Of a DNA stretch of 64,000 bases, positions 61,809 through 64,000 are shown in pieces. Position 1 is the first letter of the stretch. Each line of letters starts with the position of its first letter. The notes below the pieces were generated by a model that saw only the letters and a program-made list of their open reading frames with translations, did no database searches and had not been told where the DNA came from. Origin of the DNA: Callorhinchus milii. Lineage: Eukaryota. The position numbers were made by a program, and so were the translations under genes. The stretch lies in contig NW_024704743.1 of the NCBI RefSeq assembly GCF_018977255.1, forward strand, positions 98,458,001-98,522,000, given 5' to 3'.

Positions 61809-63569
61809 GAAGCAGCCTAAGAAGTCTTCTGTTGGGCAGTGCATCCAATTAAAATTGAATTTGCAATGCGAACATACTGCTATGGTTCTTGTTCAAACAC
61901 CAAGTTAATTAAATATGGTTTCAACAAATGACTGATTGACGACCGTAAAGGAACAAATGAAGTTTTGAGACCTTGGGAGAATGATTTGGAAGCTAGCTGT
62001 TTATGCATAGCGCATCACTAGTTGGGAAGAGGCCATGCAATGTTTAGGGCTTCAATCCATATTTTAGTCACTTAATTACTACAATAAATCTTAGACTGAG
62101 AACTGAATGAACAATGATCAAAATGCACACAAACTAGTAGGAATGTATAACTTGCTACTTTGCCTCTATTTGTAAGAGAATAAATCAATAACCATTCAAA
62201 GCTTTTTTATAGAAAAAATATCACTTCACTGCTTTGGGCAATCTCCCCAATTACAAATTGTAAACTTCAAAGTTCACTGTGTCATACTGAATACAGAGCT
62301 ACTCTAAAACGAATGCCTTATAAATATGCTTTGCATGAAAAAAATAAAGTAGGCAATAAATACTATGGATTTTAAAGTTCACAAGTAAAATACTTTAAAT
62401 ATTTCAAAATTAAAAACAGAATACACATTGCAATAAATTATTTGTACTGCTGCCAACTTACTCATGCATGTGCACGATTAGCTGTACAGCTTGTGTCGCT
62501 TGATGGCTTGCTTTTTTTTATCCTAAACATGTTCTGACGTGTGCTTTATATAAAAACATCCAAATCTCAAAAAGTTCAACACAGTTTTGTTGAAAATTTA
62601 GCCTAATGTCACAAACGATTTCCCTAACCCTTTAGGCTTTTCAAAATGTTAGGTAACAGTTCACAACCTGCTTGAAAACATTTTATGGCAAGACAGTACT
62701 ACTCTACCATTTTAATAAAGGTTATTGCCACCACTTATATTATAGCTGGCCCACAAGGTAAAATGGGTACAGTGAGAGTCAGAAATAAACAGTTCACATA
62801 TTATCTTTAGGACAAATATTTGGGTCAGGTGTTTTATAAATTTTGTGATAGTAGAGCATGAGACTGCTAATATTACCAATATTACAATTATAAAGTATTA
62901 CTACTACTACTAATAATAATCCTTACATTTGGTACAGCACCTTTTACATTGGGAGCATGCCCCAAAGAGCTTCACAGAATATACTATAAAGTGTAGTGAT
63001 TGTGTTCTGTGGGCGAATGGGTACTACAATATCACTGGTAGTAGCTTTATTATTGTAATATTATTCCCATAAAGCTGAAATAATTAAAAAGAGAATTTAA
63101 TAAACTTACACATGAAACACTTCATTTCTGTTTGCTTTTCCACTTCCTCTCTTTCCAATCCTCTTGCTATTTTTATGAAGTTATTCATAACTTGCATCAC
63201 AATGTAGTCATCATTTCTAACCTTTCCCTTCCCTTTAATAACTGGAATTTTCACTTTTTTTTCTTTGCCTGGCTACCACCACCCATTTTTCGCTACACAT
63301 TTCTTGGAAAAATCCTTTTAAGTTTTCAAAACAGGTAATAGTTTGAGATGTTTACACTATATTTGCTTTTTGCGTAGTACCACCTCAATTGCACATTTAC
63401 TCTTATGTCAAGGTTTGTCAATGTGCCTAAAAAATATGGCATTAAAGGCAGATATGTTCAGTCATTCAGAATTCTAGATATTCAATATTAACAACTTTCT
63501 ATCATCCGCGTGATCAGGTCATTTTCTGGTACAATTTAAAATTGAAAATAAAACAGAAAATACAGCTAA

Positions 63570-63933
63570 ATAATAATAATCCTTGTGTTTGATATAGCAC
63601 CTGATCACGTCTTCGAGAAAACTCAAAGTGCTTTAGGGAATACACTGTGAAGTGAATTGACTGTATATTTTGTGGACAAAACGCGGCAGCCAATTGCGCA
63701 CAGCAGTGTCCCACAAACAGTCATGAATTAAGTGACCAATTATTTTTTTTTAAGGAATCATCACCCCCGGAAAGGCAATCCGAATATCGACTTACAACCG
63801 GGTTCCTACTTACTGCTAGATAAGCAAAAAGATGTAGAGTAAGGAAACTTGCCCAACATTTTGCCCTGCCAGGAATCAAACCCAGGTCTCTCGCTTGAGA
63901 GGTGAGTGCTCTAACCACTGAGCTGTAGGACTC
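63570..63933 (-). mobile_element. Full-length tRNA-derived CORE-like SINE
   Basis: Minus strand: CAGCTCAGTGGTTAGAGC (A box), GGTTTGATTCC (B box), TTGGGCAAGTTTCCTTA, shared tail ending (ATT)n. Confidence 0.88.
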
Positions 63934-64000
63934 CATAAACGGGACTAAAGAAATATACCAATCAATGACCCAACAGCAGCTCAAAATTAATTTGTACAAA

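Noticed and set aside
63860..63933. tRNA-like A and B boxes (also at 48.17 and 57.6 kb)
   Set aside because: These are SINE heads continuing into a SINE body; I see no complete cloverleaf or terminator.
1..64000. Prokaryote-type systems (CRISPR array, retron, operon) suggested by the RT ORFs
   Set aside because: There is no repeat-spacer array or gene-dense region, and all RT motifs belong to non-LTR L2/CR1 retrotransposons.

Overview
Eukaryotic, AT-rich, repeat-dense DNA. The repeat repertoire (L2- and CR1-clade LINEs, DeuSINE/SacSINE1-like SINEs, a Penelope-like remnant) points to a cartilaginous fish; this is an inference from recalled family sequences, not a database result. I recognise no host protein-coding exon, so the window reads as a large intron or intergenic DNA. 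The longest ORFs in the supplied track are L2 or CR1 ORF2 pieces or their off-frame/antisense shadows. I found no convincing novel gene system. Most notable: (i) a recent complex rearrangement at 53.6-55.6 kb (a 150-bp inverted templated copy, an inverted CR1 3' end and a 39-bp inverted copy); (ii) several other short locally templated duplications, including a fold-back hairpin in a SINE; (iii) a two-tier 3' stem-loop shared by several L2 subfamilies and two SINE families; (iv) a CpG-rich module at 56.2-56.4 kb with three ZNF143/NRF1-like units; (v) a 150-nt minus-strand exon candidate with stops in all frames; (vi) a decayed Penelope GIY-YIG and hammerhead remnant. Boundaries of old repeats are approximate.
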